In this document: one piece after another, positions 9,936 through 20,460 of the stretch
How positions within the stretch are numbered: position 1 is the first letter of the stretch
Layout: each line of letters begins with the position of its first letter
From: Clostridia bacterium
GTDB taxonomy: Bacteria > Bacillota > Clostridia > Oscillospirales > CAG-382
Length of the DNA stretch: 64,000 nt
Assembly: GCA_017466805.1 (NCBI GenBank)
Contig: JAFTTN010000088.1
Coordinates: forward strand, 721-64,720
Reading direction: 5' to 3'
Program-made: the position numbers and the translations under genes
Notes under the pieces: model-generated
What the model was told of the DNA's origin: nothing
The model's input: only the letters and a program-made list of their open reading frames with translations
Database searches by the model: none

Positions 9936-10805
9936 ATGCTGAAAAAAATTCCGAGAGCCTTAAAAAACTATATTTTGGTCACAATCGGCTGTGTTCTCTA
10001 CGCCGCGGGCGTTTCGCTGTTTCTTGCACCGAGCGAGCTCGCATCGGGCGGGGTTTCGGGTATTGCCATAATTATAAACAGCATTATCGATTTTCTTCCC
10101 ACGGGTACCTGGGTGGTAATTTTGAACGTTCCGATAATGATTGCGGGCGTTTGGAAGCTTGGCGCAAAAATTTTGATCCCCACCTTTTATGCGCTCGGCG
10201 TAAGCGCGGTGGCAATGAACCTTTTCGAGCTTTTCTTTCCGCCGGTTACCGATAACGTTTTGCTTGCCTGCGTTGGCGGCGCGGTTTTGGTTGCGGCGGG
10301 TATCGGTCTTGTTTTCCGCGGCGGCGCAACCACTGCGGGCACCGATATTATAGTAAAGCTTTTGCGTTTAAAGTTCCAGCATATTTCCACGGGCGCAATA
10401 TTCCTTTTCACCGACGGGCTTATATGTCTTGCATCGGGACTTGTGTTTGGGGATATAGACAAGGCGCTTTACGCCGGAATTGCGGTGTTTATACAAATGT
10501 ACGTGCTTAATGTGGTGCTTTACGGCTCCGACGAGGCGCGTATGGTTTATATAATAAGCGAGCGCGACGAGGAAATCGCCGAAAGGCTTTTGAAGGAGGT
10601 CGACGCGGGCGCAACCTTCCTGCGCGGAAACGGCGCATATACCGGAAAGGACCGCAAGGTGCTTATGTGTGCGCTTCGAATGCGTGCGGTCCCCCAAGCG
10701 CGCGAAATTATAAAGCAGGTCGACAGCGACGCGTTCGTTATCGTCACCAAGGCGACGAACGTGTTCGGTGAAGGCTTTAAAAGTCACGTCGAGGACGATT
10801 TATGA
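9936..10805 (+). CDS. YitT family membrane protein
   Basis: LASGGVSGIA, GATTAGTDI, G.GAYTG, D.DAFVIV...VFGEGF. Confidence 0.9.
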   Translation: MLKKIPRALKNYILVTIGCVLYAAGVSLFLAPSELASGGVSGIAIIINSIIDFLPTGTWVVILNVPIMIAGVWKLGAKILIPTFYALGVSAVAMNLFELFFPPVTDNVLLACVGGAVLVAAGIGLVFRGGATTAGTDIIVKLLRLKFQHISTGAIFLFTDGLICLASGLVFGDIDKALYAGIAVFIQMYVLNVVLYGSDEARMVYIISERDEEIAERLLKEVDAGATFLRGNGAYTGKDRKVLMCALRMRAVPQAREIIKQVDSDAFVIVTKATNVFGEGFKSHVEDDL

Positions 10806-11872
10806 TATTCGATATCATTTCAAAAATCCCCTCGGTATGCGAAAGCTTGAAATCGGAAGCGCTTCCGATATTTCTGTACGGAATGGGCAACGGCGCCGAA
10901 AAGATATACGCCTACCTTTGCCGAAACGGTATTGAAATAAGCGGCGTGGTTGCATCGGACGGATTTGTGCGCGGTCAAAGCTTTCTCGGGCACGAGGTTG
11001 TTTCGATAAGCGAAGCCGAGGAAAAGCACGGAAGACTTTGCTTGGTAATCTGCTTTGGCACAGAGGGCGAAAAATCACGTTTTTTAAAGGAGCTTGCAAA
11101 AAAGCACCGAATAGTATCGCCAAATCTTCCCGTGTTTGGCGAAGGCGCTTGCGACAAGGAATATATACTTGCCAACGCCGACCGATTCGAGCGGGTATAC
11201 GGTATTTTGGAGGACGAGCAATCGCGCAGCCTGCTTTTATCACTGCTTAAATACAACGCAAGCGGCGATATAAGCTATCTCGAAATCAACAACGGGCTGG
11301 TTCCGCCAAAGGATTTTTATTCGCACAAAATGCGTCATATCGATATCGGCGCATACGACGGCGACACGGTAAACGAATTTATCGGCTACAACGACGAATA
11401 TTCGGATATAATTGCGTTCGAGCCGGATAAAGCAACCTATAAAAAGCTTTTGAAGAATACAACCGGCCTGCGCGGCGTAAAATGTATAAACGGCGCGGCG
11501 GGCAGGAAAAACGGCAAAATAGGGTTCAGCTCGGGCGGGGGGCGCGCCTCGCACTGCGGCGAAGGCGAGGACGCCGAATGCTATTCGGTCGACGAATATT
11601 GCGGCTATACGCATATTGCGGCAAACGGCACCCCCGTCGGCAGTATAAAAATCGATGCCGAGGGTATGGACGAAGCGGTGATTTGCGGCGCAGTAAACAC
11701 CATATACTGCTGTAAGCCGAGCATTTGCGTTGCACTTTACCACCGCGCATACGATATCATCGATATCCCCTTGCTTTTGCGAATGCACAACCGCAAATAT
11801 AAATTTTATTTACGAAAAAAGGAATATATTCCCGCTTGGGATATATTTTTATACGTAACGGAGGGCAAATAA
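10802..11872 (+). CDS. FkbM family methyltransferase
   Basis: IDIGAYDGDT, IAFEPD, IKIDAEG, ALYH. Confidence 0.85.
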   Translation: MIFDIISKIPSVCESLKSEALPIFLYGMGNGAEKIYAYLCRNGIEISGVVASDGFVRGQSFLGHEVVSISEAEEKHGRLCLVICFGTEGEKSRFLKELAKKHRIVSPNLPVFGEGACDKEYILANADRFERVYGILEDEQSRSLLLSLLKYNASGDISYLEINNGLVPPKDFYSHKMRHIDIGAYDGDTVNEFIGYNDEYSDIIAFEPDKATYKKLLKNTTGLRGVKCINGAAGRKNGKIGFSSGGGRASHCGEGEDAECYSVDEYCGYTHIAANGTPVGSIKIDAEGMDEAVICGAVNTIYCCKPSICVALYHRAYDIIDIPLLLRMHNRKYKFYLRKKEYIPAWDIFLYVTEGK

Positions 11873-12375
11873 TGGCTTTTAAGGAAATAAAGACCGAAGA
11901 ACTTAACAACAACGTTTTTGGCGATATCGGCAAGAAATGGATGCTGATAAGCGCGCAAAAGCCCGACGGCAGTATTAATACGATGACTGCAAGCTGGGGT
12001 GCAATGGGCGTGCTTTGGAACAAAAACGTATTTTTCTGCTTTGTAAGGCCCCAGCGCTACACCCACGAATTTACCGAAGCGAGCGACAAAATTTCGATAT
12101 CCTTTTTCGGCGAGGAATACCGCGACGCTTTAACGCTTTGCGGCAGAAAAAGCGGCAGAGATTGCGATAAAATATCGCTTGCCGGGCTTACCCCGTTTGC
12201 AGAAAACGGCAACGTTGGATTTAAAGAGGCCGAGCGTATTATTTACGGCAAAAAGATTTACGCAGGCAAATTGGACCCGAAGGCGTTTATTTCGGAGGAC
12301 ATCGAAAAGCACTACAACGGCGATTACCACACCGTTTATATTTGTGAAATAGAAAAGATTGAAGAAAAGGAATAA
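11872..12375 (+). CDS. Flavin reductase-like protein
   Basis: NTMTASWG, VRPQRYT, GRKSGRD, DYHTVY. Confidence 0.85.
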   Translation: MAFKEIKTEELNNNVFGDIGKKWMLISAQKPDGSINTMTASWGAMGVLWNKNVFFCFVRPQRYTHEFTEASDKISISFFGEEYRDALTLCGRKSGRDCDKISLAGLTPFAENGNVGFKEAERIIYGKKIYAGKLDPKAFISEDIEKHYNGDYHTVYICEIEKIEEKE

Positions 12376-12381
12376 AAACCA

Positions 12382-13665
12382 ATGCAGGCAAGCCAATTTA
12401 TAACCGCGGTTAAAGGCGGAAAATACGATAACAGCATTAAAAAGCTTTATCCCAACAAGGATATTAACGACAGAAAGGACCGTATTTTAAAGCTCGCAAA
12501 CGATTTCGTATCGCTTTACGGCGACCTTGATATTACCCTTTTTTCCGTTCCCGGCAGAACCGAGCTTTCGGGCAACCACACCGACCACAACAACGGCCGC
12601 GTGCTTGCCGCATCGGTGGATATAGATATTATCGCCATTGCCGCAAGGGTGGATGAGCCGATTGTTAAAATAAAATCGGTCGGCTACCGCGAGGACTGCG
12701 TGGATATTTCCGCTCCCACGCCCGAATCTGTGCGCAAGGGCAGCTCCTCGGCTATAATCGCAGGCATTGCCGATTATTTCTACAAGCAGGGCTACAGCTG
12801 CGGCGGCTTTTACGCCCATACCACCAGCGACGTTATGACAGGCTCGGGACTTTCCTCCTCTGCCGCGTTCGAGGTAATGTGCGCGCGCATATTCTCGGAA
12901 TTTTACAACAACGGCGAAATTCCCGCACTGGAGCTTGCAAAGGCAGGCAAATATGCCGAAAACGAATATTTCGGTAAGCCTTGCGGTCTTATGGACCAGG
13001 CGGCGTGCGCTTCGGGCGGGTGCTTGTGGATGGATTTCGAAAACAGCCTTAACCCCAAAACCGAAAAAATCGATTTTGACCTTAATAAATACGGCTACAG
13101 CCTTTGTATAGTCAACACCGGCGGTAACCACGCCGACCTTACCGACGATTACGCATCGGTGCCGACCGAAATGAAATCGGTTGCCGCGCTTATGGGCAAG
13201 CAAACGTTAAGAGCCTGCGACGAGGACGATTTTATGGGAAGAATCTCCTATATGCGCTCGATCGTCGGCGACAGAGCGATAATGCGCGCAATGCATTATT
13301 TTGCCGAAAACAAGCGTGTTAATATGCAAAAGGAAATGCTTTTGCGCAACGATTTCGACGGATATCTAAATTACGTAAGCCTTTCGGGCAATTCCTCGTT
13401 TAAATTTTTGCAAAACGTTTACACCAACAAAAACGTCGAGGAGCAGGGTATTTCGCTTGCGCTTGCAATAACCGAGCACTTCGGTGCGGTTTGCCGTGTT
13501 CACGGCGGCGGATTTGCAGGCACGGTGCAGGCTTATATAAAAAACGATTGCGTTGCCGATTACAAAAGGGCTGTCGAGTCGGTGTTCGGCGAAGAAAGCT
13601 GTCAGGTATACACTATTCGTCCCTACGGTGCCGCATCGGTTAGCGAAAACTGCATAAACGGCTGA
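12382..13665 (+). CDS. galK: Galactokinase
   Basis: PGRTELSGNHTDHN, GSGLSSSAA, GKPCGLMDQ, RVHGGGFAG (GHMP kinase). Confidence 0.9.
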   Translation: MQASQFITAVKGGKYDNSIKKLYPNKDINDRKDRILKLANDFVSLYGDLDITLFSVPGRTELSGNHTDHNNGRVLAASVDIDIIAIAARVDEPIVKIKSVGYREDCVDISAPTPESVRKGSSSAIIAGIADYFYKQGYSCGGFYAHTTSDVMTGSGLSSSAAFEVMCARIFSEFYNNGEIPALELAKAGKYAENEYFGKPCGLMDQAACASGGCLWMDFENSLNPKTEKIDFDLNKYGYSLCIVNTGGNHADLTDDYASVPTEMKSVAALMGKQTLRACDEDDFMGRISYMRSIVGDRAIMRAMHYFAENKRVNMQKEMLLRNDFDGYLNYVSLSGNSSFKFLQNVYTNKNVEEQGISLALAITEHFGAVCRVHGGGFAGTVQAYIKNDCVADYKRAVESVFGEESCQVYTIRPYGAASVSENCING

Positions 13666-13675
13666 TTGTCCGAAT

Positions 13676-14473
13676 ATGGAAAAGGCGAAAATTTGTATTC
13701 TGTTTTCCTCCTCGAAGGGAAATTGCACCTATATTAAATACGGCGACGACGAAATACTTATCGATTGCGGCGTTTCGGCAAGGTCGATAGAAAACGCGCT
13801 GAAAAGCATTGGCACGGGGCTAAAAAACATTAGCGCGATTTTTATCACGCACGAGCACAACGACCATATCTGCGGGCTCGGCACGATAACCAAGTATTAC
13901 AATATCCCGATATACGCGCCCGAGGCAAGCTGTAACTACATATACGAAAGAATGCCGAGCCACAAGCCCTTGATCGCGCTGTGCAACGGCAAGGCTGTCG
14001 AGCTTAAAAGCCTCGCGCTGTGCCCGATTGCCACCCCGCACGATGCGCGCGGCAGCGTTGGCTTCCGTATACGCGCGGGCGAGGAAAAAATCGGGTATTT
14101 TACCGATATAGGTCATCTTTCAGAAGGGGTTTTGCGCGGGCTTTCGGGATGTGAAAGGGTTATTATCGAATCCAACCACGATATCGAAATGCTAAAAAGC
14201 GGGCCCTACCCCTACCCATTAAAGCAACGCATATTGGGCGAGCGCGGCCATCTTTCCAACGAGCTTTGTGCGCGGCTTTTGCCGCATTTGGCGAACCACG
14301 GAGCACGCTCGTTTGCGCTGGCGCATTTAAGCGAGGAAAACAACCGAACAGAAATTGCATATAACGAAAGCCTTGCTTCGCTTTGCGAAAGCGGATTCGA
14401 GGTAAACACCGAAAGCAAGGAAAGCCTAAAGCTTGTGGTTGCAAGCGTTTGCGGTGTATGCGAGGTTAAATAG
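13676..14473 (+). CDS. MBL-fold metallohydrolase (YycJ/WalJ-like)
   Basis: SSSKGN, IDCG, THEHNDH, ESNHD, GHLSN, AHLSEENN. Confidence 0.88.
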   Translation: MEKAKICILFSSSKGNCTYIKYGDDEILIDCGVSARSIENALKSIGTGLKNISAIFITHEHNDHICGLGTITKYYNIPIYAPEASCNYIYERMPSHKPLIALCNGKAVELKSLALCPIATPHDARGSVGFRIRAGEEKIGYFTDIGHLSEGVLRGLSGCERVIIESNHDIEMLKSGPYPYPLKQRILGERGHLSNELCARLLPHLANHGARSFALAHLSEENNRTEIAYNESLASLCESGFEVNTESKESLKLVVASVCGVCEVK

Positions 14474-14540
14474 AAAAGAATAACGCTTAAGACCTTTGCT
14501 CTTGAGCGTTATTTTTGGTTGAATATGCTTCAACCTTCGG

Positions 14541-14569
14541 TTGACAACCGCAAAGAAAAGATATATAAT
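14541..14569 (+). promoter_or_regulatory. Consensus sigma-A promoter (preceded by a terminator at ~14479-14516)
   Basis: TTGACA-17 bp-TATAAT exact. Confidence 0.85.
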
Positions 14570-14613
14570 AGTTTAGCTGTTTTTGAAAAGCATTTATCGA
14601 AAAGAGGATTATT

Positions 14614-16119
14614 ATGCTAAAACGTATTGCTTGCTTAATGCTTTGCCTTATGTTTGCCGCATCGGCAGTGCTTCTTGTCGGCTGTAACGGCGATGGCGAT
14701 GAAAGCGCGGCATCCGAAGGCTCGAGCACACAAAGCGACAAGGACTTTTCCAACGAGGTTAAAAACTGGGGTGGCGAAACTATTACCATTCTCGGCTACA
14801 AGGGTGAATTTGCCTTCCACAGCGTGCAGATTGCACCCGAAGAACAGACCGGCGAAGCGGTTAACGACGCCTTCTTCGAAAGAAACTCCAAAATCGAAGA
14901 GCTCTACGGACTTAATATAAAATGCGTTCTTCCCGAATCGGGACAGGACACCGGCGTGCTTATTAAAAACGCGGTTATGGGCGGCACCACCGATTACGAT
15001 GCAGTGGTCGCACCGCTTTACATATTCGGTCTTTATCTTCCCGACGACCTTTTTATCGACCTTAAATCGATAAACAACGGCTATATCCATCTCGAAGAGG
15101 CTTGGTGGGACCAAGCGCTTCAAGAGCAATGCTCGGTTAACGATAAGCTTTTCTTCGTTGCGGGCGATGCATTGGTAGAGGACGATGAAGCTACCTGGGC
15201 AATGTTCTTCAACAAGCAGATGTATAACGCCAACGCAGACCTTGCCGCACACGGCAGCCTTTACGATATAGTAAAGGAAGGCAAATGGACGCTCGACGTT
15301 ATGTACGAAATGATTACCGCCGTTGAATACAGCACCGGCGAAGCGAAGGTATGGCACCCCACCTCCGACGATAAATGGGGTATGGTTGGCCAGTTCCTCG
15401 ATTTCTATTTGTTTATGCAGGGCGCAGGTCAAACTCTTGTCGACAACTCCGGCGATAAGCCCGTGCTCCGCGGCGACAGCGAGGAAAACGTAAACGCATT
15501 CTTTGCGGTTGCAGAGGTGCTTTACGATAACGAAAACGTCGGTATCGCAGAAAGCCACGTTTCCTGGGCAGACGGTCACCCCTATCAGATGAAGCGTCAG
15601 ATTTTCGGTAACGGCAACGCACTCTTTATGCCCAACCAGCTTGCAGTAATCGGTCAGCACGAAATAAGCAACGCCGATATTTCGTTCGGTCTGCTTCCGA
15701 TGCCCAAGCGCGACGAGGCGCAGGATTACTACACCTCGGGCGTAGAAATTTACCACTATTCCGCAATCGCTATCCCCACCACCACCGTCGGTGCAAAGCT
15801 CGATGCAACCACCTATGCGCTCGAGGCTATGGCATACTACGGCAACCAGATAGTTAACCCCGAATATTACGAGCGTACTCTTACCTACCGCCGTATCCAA
15901 GACGACGAATCGGGCGAAATGCTTCAATATATTCTTAACAACAGAACCTATGATATGGGCGCTATCTTTAACTTTAAGGGCGGAGAAAATATGGCGGGCA
16001 CGCTCGGCTTCTACACCAACCTTATTATGAACTACAGCACCGATATTACTTCGCAATGGGAATCCTCGGTCAACTCCTTCCAGACCGGTATCGATAATTT
16101 CGTAGAGCAGTGCTATTAA
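14614..16119 (+). CDS. Extracellular solute-binding lipoprotein, paralogue of 273-1820
   Basis: Lipobox LVGC; AWWDQ, GKWTLD, GNALF and FGLLPMPK motifs. Confidence 0.85.
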   Translation: MLKRIACLMLCLMFAASAVLLVGCNGDGDESAASEGSSTQSDKDFSNEVKNWGGETITILGYKGEFAFHSVQIAPEEQTGEAVNDAFFERNSKIEELYGLNIKCVLPESGQDTGVLIKNAVMGGTTDYDAVVAPLYIFGLYLPDDLFIDLKSINNGYIHLEEAWWDQALQEQCSVNDKLFFVAGDALVEDDEATWAMFFNKQMYNANADLAAHGSLYDIVKEGKWTLDVMYEMITAVEYSTGEAKVWHPTSDDKWGMVGQFLDFYLFMQGAGQTLVDNSGDKPVLRGDSEENVNAFFAVAEVLYDNENVGIAESHVSWADGHPYQMKRQIFGNGNALFMPNQLAVIGQHEISNADISFGLLPMPKRDEAQDYYTSGVEIYHYSAIAIPTTTVGAKLDATTYALEAMAYYGNQIVNPEYYERTLTYRRIQDDESGEMLQYILNNRTYDMGAIFNFKGGENMAGTLGFYTNLIMNYSTDITSQWESSVNSFQTGIDNFVEQCY

Positions 16120-16163
16120 TATAAAAGCAGCTCTTTACGCCCCAAAAAGTAAATATAAAAGAA

Positions 16164-16200
16164 ACAGTGTACTTTCTAAACGGAAGTACACTGTCTTTTT
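16164..16200. terminator. Terminator between convergent genes
   Basis: ACAGTGTACTT...AAGTACACTGT stem with T tail. Confidence 0.7.
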
Positions 16201-16216
16201 ACAGGGATAGAGATTT

Positions 16217-16762
16217 TTATTGTGTTTTCTTTCTGTCCAAGCGTATCATTGCGGATATTATCGAAACCAACGCGAGTATTTCGCATATTATTCCGCCGAT
16301 TGCAAAATTTACTATATTGTATACCAACCACGAGGGCGAGCAGATAAGCGCCATTCTTCGCACGGTGCGGGGCGATTTGCGGTAAAAGCCGATTCCCGAA
16401 GCGAGCATTGCAACTATCGGCAAAAATTCAAGTATTAAATTAACCGCGTTGGGCTCTTTATCGAACACCAAAAAGGTAAGCAGATAAGATATAACCGACA
16501 AAGCGCCGAAAACGATAAACCATATAAATTTATCCGAGCGGAATCTTTTTTCGTTAGAATAAACCAGCGCGCGTATTGCGCCGATAGCGTTTAAAAACCC
16601 GCCGACCACCGCGCCGATCATAAACATATTAACCGTAAACAGCGTTGCGCCGAAAAGCTGTAATATAATTATACTGCGTTGCTTTTTCATTTGGTAGGAA
16701 ATAATATTCAGCGTCATAGCGACGATTCCTATTCCCTGTGCGACAATCTGGTAGGTATCCAT
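16217..16762 (-). CDS. YgjV-family inner membrane protein
   Basis: Multi-TM; IVAQGIG..., SYQMK, WLVYN, GGIICE. Confidence 0.75.
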   Translation of the reverse strand: MDTYQIVAQGIGIVAMTLNIISYQMKKQRSIIILQLFGATLFTVNMFMIGAVVGGFLNAIGAIRALVYSNEKRFRSDKFIWFIVFGALSVISYLLTFLVFDKEPNAVNLILEFLPIVAMLASGIGFYRKSPRTVRRMALICSPSWLVYNIVNFAIGGIICEILALVSIISAMIRLDRKKTQ

Positions 16763-16829
16763 AAATAAACCCTTTTTTGTGTTATTGCTTTATTTGTAAT
16801 TTTGTGTTAGAATAAGCCGAGGTGAGAAA

Positions 16830-18026
16830 ATGCCCTACGAAAAGCTTCCCGCAGAAATAGAAAACAAAATAATATACGACCGCAGGCACGGTATGGTTCC
16901 GCGCGTGGCGTTCCCAAGCGTGCTTGCCTTGCGCCGCGATGCAAGCCACGACCAACCGACTATTTTGCGCAGCGCGTTCGTGCGCGATGCCGAAAAAATT
17001 CTGCATTGCCCCTATTATAACCGCTATGCCGACAAAACGCAAGTTTTTTCTTTTTATAAAAACGACGATATAACAAGGCGTGCGCTGCACGTTCAGCTCG
17101 TTTCGCGCATTGCCCGCACTATCGGCCAGTCGTTATGTCTGAATTCCGACCTTATCGAAGCTATCGCGCTCGGGCACGATATCGGGCACACCCCGTTCGG
17201 CCACAAGGGCGAGGCTTATCTCGACGAGCTTTATTTTTCGCACACCGGCAGGCGTTTTTCGCACAATATCCATTCGGTGCGCGTGCTCGACAAGATTTTT
17301 CCGCTTAACCTTACCCTGCAAACGCTAAACGGTATTGCCGCGCACGACGGCGAAATGGAGCTTGAAGCCTATACCCCAAAGCCTTTGGCAAGCTTCGACG
17401 AATTCGACAAGCTTATCGAGGGCTGTTATACCGACAAGGCAAACGTAAAAAAGCTTATTCCCGCAACGCTCGAGGGCTGTGTGGTTCGTATTTCGGATAT
17501 TATCGCTTATCTTGGCAAGGACAGGCAGGACGCCGAGCGCGCAAACCTGCGCGAAACCGAGGATTTTGACGACAGCATTATAGGAAAGATAAATTCGGAA
17601 ATAATAAACAATATGACGGTAAACATCGTCGCGCACAGCTATGGCAAGCGTTATATTAAAATGGACAAGCTGCATTTTGCCGCACTGCAAAAGGCAAAGC
17701 GCGATAACTATGCGCAGATTTACACCACAAAAGAGGTAGAAGCGCTGCTTTTCGAAACCGTGCGCCCAATGATGAAGGCGATATACGAAAGACTGCTTGA
17801 CGACCTTATAAGCAAAAATCTTTCTTCGCCGATATTCACCCACCATATCGCCGTGGTCGATAAGCCCTATTACAAGCGTGCGCTTCCGTATTGCGATACC
17901 GAGCCGAACCAGATAGTAGTCGACTATATCGCAAGCATGACCGACGATTATTTCGTCGATCTGTATTCCCATTTGTTCCCAAACGGCAATTTAAGCATAA
18001 AATATAAAGGATATTTCGATAAATGA
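16830..18026 (+). CDS. HD-domain dGTP triphosphohydrolase-like protein
   Basis: DKTQVF, RALHVQLV, LGHDIGHTPFGHKGE, DYIASMTD. Confidence 0.88.
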   Translation: MPYEKLPAEIENKIIYDRRHGMVPRVAFPSVLALRRDASHDQPTILRSAFVRDAEKILHCPYYNRYADKTQVFSFYKNDDITRRALHVQLVSRIARTIGQSLCLNSDLIEAIALGHDIGHTPFGHKGEAYLDELYFSHTGRRFSHNIHSVRVLDKIFPLNLTLQTLNGIAAHDGEMELEAYTPKPLASFDEFDKLIEGCYTDKANVKKLIPATLEGCVVRISDIIAYLGKDRQDAERANLRETEDFDDSIIGKINSEIINNMTVNIVAHSYGKRYIKMDKLHFAALQKAKRDNYAQIYTTKEVEALLFETVRPMMKAIYERLLDDLISKNLSSPIFTHHIAVVDKPYYKRALPYCDTEPNQIVVDYIASMTDDYFVDLYSHLFPNGNLSIKYKGYFDK

Positions 18027-18679
18027 TAAAAGCCGCAGTTTTTGATTTCGACGGAACCTTGTTCGACACAATGCCCTTTTGGGCAACCGTCGGCACGCGT
18101 ATGGTAAAAAAAGCGGGGTTGGAGCCTGTCGAAAATCTCGACGAGATGGTGCTTTTTATGACATTGGAGGAAAGCTGTGCTTTTATAAAGCAGACCTATT
18201 CGCTCGATAACAGCATCGAAGAGCTTGTTAACAACGTTATAAAAGAGGTTTACGGCTATTATACACAGCAAGCCGCGCCGAAAAGCTTTATACCCGAATT
18301 TTTAAAAAAGCTTAAAAACAAAAATATCCCCTGTGCAATAGCCACCGCGAGCGACAGAAGGCTTATCGAGCTTGCGCTTAAAAGATTCGGCTTGGAAGAA
18401 TATTTCGATAAAATATTCACCTGCTCGGAGCTGAAGCTGAACAAGCAAAGCGGCGAAATATACGAAATCGCGGCAAAAAGCTTGGGCGCAAATATTAAAG
18501 AAACAGCCGTGTTCGAGGATATTTTGCTTGCCGTGCGCTCGGCAAAGCAGGCGGGATTTTTAACAGTTGCTATCGAGGACTCGGAAAGCGAGCGCGACAA
18601 GCAAGAAATTATTAAAACCGCCGATATTTATATTAGGGACGAAAACGACCTGCAAAAATTTTGGAGCTATACCGAATGA
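18023..18679 (+). CDS. HAD-superfamily phosphatase
   Basis: FDFDGTL, IATAS, VFED. Confidence 0.9.
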   Translation: MIKAAVFDFDGTLFDTMPFWATVGTRMVKKAGLEPVENLDEMVLFMTLEESCAFIKQTYSLDNSIEELVNNVIKEVYGYYTQQAAPKSFIPEFLKKLKNKNIPCAIATASDRRLIELALKRFGLEEYFDKIFTCSELKLNKQSGEIYEIAAKSLGANIKETAVFEDILLAVRSAKQAGFLTVAIEDSESERDKQEIIKTADIYIRDENDLQKFWSYTE

Positions 18680-19302
18680 AGCGATGTGTTATAATCGGCG
18701 GCGCGCCGATAAACGATTACGGGCGTATTAAAGCGCTTTTAAATAGCGGGGATTATTATATAGTCTGCGATTCGGGCTTAAAGCATATATCCGCGCTCGG
18801 AATCCTGCCCGACCTTATTATCGGTGATTTCGATTCTGCCGAAAAGCCGCAAACCGATATAGAAACGATAGCGCTCCCGCGCGAAAAGGACGACACCGAC
18901 AGCTTTTTTGCAGCAAAGGAGGCGGTAAAGCGCGGTTTTTGCGATTTTTTGCTTATCGGCGTTATCGGAAAACGCTTCGACCATACGCTCGGGAATATTT
19001 CGGTTTTGCTTTATCTCGAAAGCCTGCAAAAAAGCGCCCGTATTGCCGACGATTACTCGGTTATGGAAATAATTTCCCGCAAGGGCGAGGTTGCCTCGAG
19101 CGAATGCGAATATTTTTCGTTGCTTGCAATCGACGGCGACGCGAACGGAGTAAATATTAAAAACGCAAAATTTCCGCTTTCGAACGCAAAAATCACCGCG
19201 GGCTATCAATACGGAATAAGCAACGAAGTCGAAAACGGTAAAACCGCCGAAATAAGCATAGAAAACGGCAGGCTGCTGCTTGTAAAGGTTGCAAAAGAAT
19301 AA
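18676..19302 (+). CDS. thiN: Thiamine diphosphokinase
   Basis: CDSG, PDLIIGDFDS, EKDDTD, RFDHTLGN, GISNE. Confidence 0.92.
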   Translation: MKRCVIIGGAPINDYGRIKALLNSGDYYIVCDSGLKHISALGILPDLIIGDFDSAEKPQTDIETIALPREKDDTDSFFAAKEAVKRGFCDFLLIGVIGKRFDHTLGNISVLLYLESLQKSARIADDYSVMEIISRKGEVASSECEYFSLLAIDGDANGVNIKNAKFPLSNAKITAGYQYGISNEVENGKTAEISIENGRLLLVKVAKE

Positions 19303-19306
19303 ACAA

Positions 19307-19343
19307 AACGGTTGTGGCAAAATTGCCGCAACCGTTATTTTTT
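19307..19343. terminator. Bidirectional terminator
   Basis: AACGGTTGTGGCA-AAAT-TGCCGCAACCGTT flanked by A and T runs between convergent genes. Confidence 0.75.
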
Positions 19344-19901
19344 TCACTCCTCGGTGTTCAAATCGACCAATTCGTAATATTTTGTGTTGTACTTAAATAT
19401 AGGAATTTGGGGCTTATCTTTTCTTACTACAATACAAAAAACGTCGCCTTCGCCGTTAGTTCGGATTTCATCGATTCTTGCGACAACTCTTCCGCATTTT
19501 TCAAAATACATTGCGTGCTCCATAACGTAACGACCCCTACGGTTTTTTACCTCTTGATCGTTTTCGGAAACACGCAAAAGCTTATCAATAATGATTTGAT
19601 ATGAGTCGTTGGCAAGTTGTTTTTTGGATTTGTAATAATTGTATACGCAAAAAGCGCTCAATACAATCGGTATCGTCATAATAAGCATTTGCACGATTTC
19701 TCTGCCTTTAATATTCAAAGGAGCGGCGATAACAAAAACGCCAAACAAAACAAACAGAAGAGCGCATCCGCAAAGGCCGAATTTCAATTCGGACTTCGCG
19801 CCGTCCGCAAGCTCTGCAAAAATCGAGCTTGGAGATATAATTTGCTTTTTCTGTACGGTGGCGTCATCGCTTTTCGTGCTGTCGCTGTTGTAATTTGCCA
19901 T
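19344..19901 (-). CDS. Hypothetical 2-TM membrane protein, tandem paralogue 3
   Basis: MANYNSDSTK... YNTKYYELVDLNTEE; shared HAMY..CGRV motif. Confidence 0.8.
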   Translation of the reverse strand: MANYNSDSTKSDDATVQKKQIISPSSIFAELADGAKSELKFGLCGCALLFVLFGVFVIAAPLNIKGREIVQMLIMTIPIVLSAFCVYNYYKSKKQLANDSYQIIIDKLLRVSENDQEVKNRRGRYVMEHAMYFEKCGRVVARIDEIRTNGEGDVFCIVVRKDKPQIPIFKYNTKYYELVDLNTEE

Positions 19902-19913
19902 TTTTGCCCCTCT

Positions 19914-20447
19914 TTACTGCTCGACCTTTAAATCGACCAATTCGTAATATTTCGAATTATACGTAAGCAAAGGTGTAGTGGGTTGTGTTTTTGTTACGAC
20001 AACATAAAATATATCGCCCACGCTGTTCGTATTGGTTTCTCCGTAAGTAACGAGCACTCTTCCGCACTTTTCGAGATAAATTGCATGCTGCACGTTGACC
20101 GATGCATAATTTCCGTGCAGTCTTACCTTCATTTTTTCTTCGGGAGCGACCCGTTCGACCTTATCGGTAATAATCATTAATTCGCCTTTTTTCAGCATTT
20201 TCGTTACACTGCGGTAATAAAAACACCCAACCGCAAGAAAAAGAACGGCAGAGAAATAAAGCACCACGCTTAATACCGTTTCATCTATAATTAACGCCAA
20301 AATTGTAAATAAAACGCTCATTAAAGGGCCCGCCCAAACGGTTTGCTTTGCCGGCTTTTCGAAATGATCATATATCATTCTCGGCGTTATTTTTCTCTTG
20401 CCGTCGGAATAGTCGCTTTTCGTGCTGTCGCTGTTGTAATTTGCCAT
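19914..20447 (-). CDS. Hypothetical 2-TM membrane protein, tandem paralogue 2
   Basis: MANYNSDSTK... YNSKYYELVDLKVEQ; HAIYLEKCGRV. Confidence 0.8.
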   Translation of the reverse strand: MANYNSDSTKSDYSDGKRKITPRMIYDHFEKPAKQTVWAGPLMSVLFTILALIIDETVLSVVLYFSAVLFLAVGCFYYRSVTKMLKKGELMIITDKVERVAPEEKMKVRLHGNYASVNVQHAIYLEKCGRVLVTYGETNTNSVGDIFYVVVTKTQPTTPLLTYNSKYYELVDLKVEQ

Positions 20448-20460
20448 TTTTACCTCTTGC

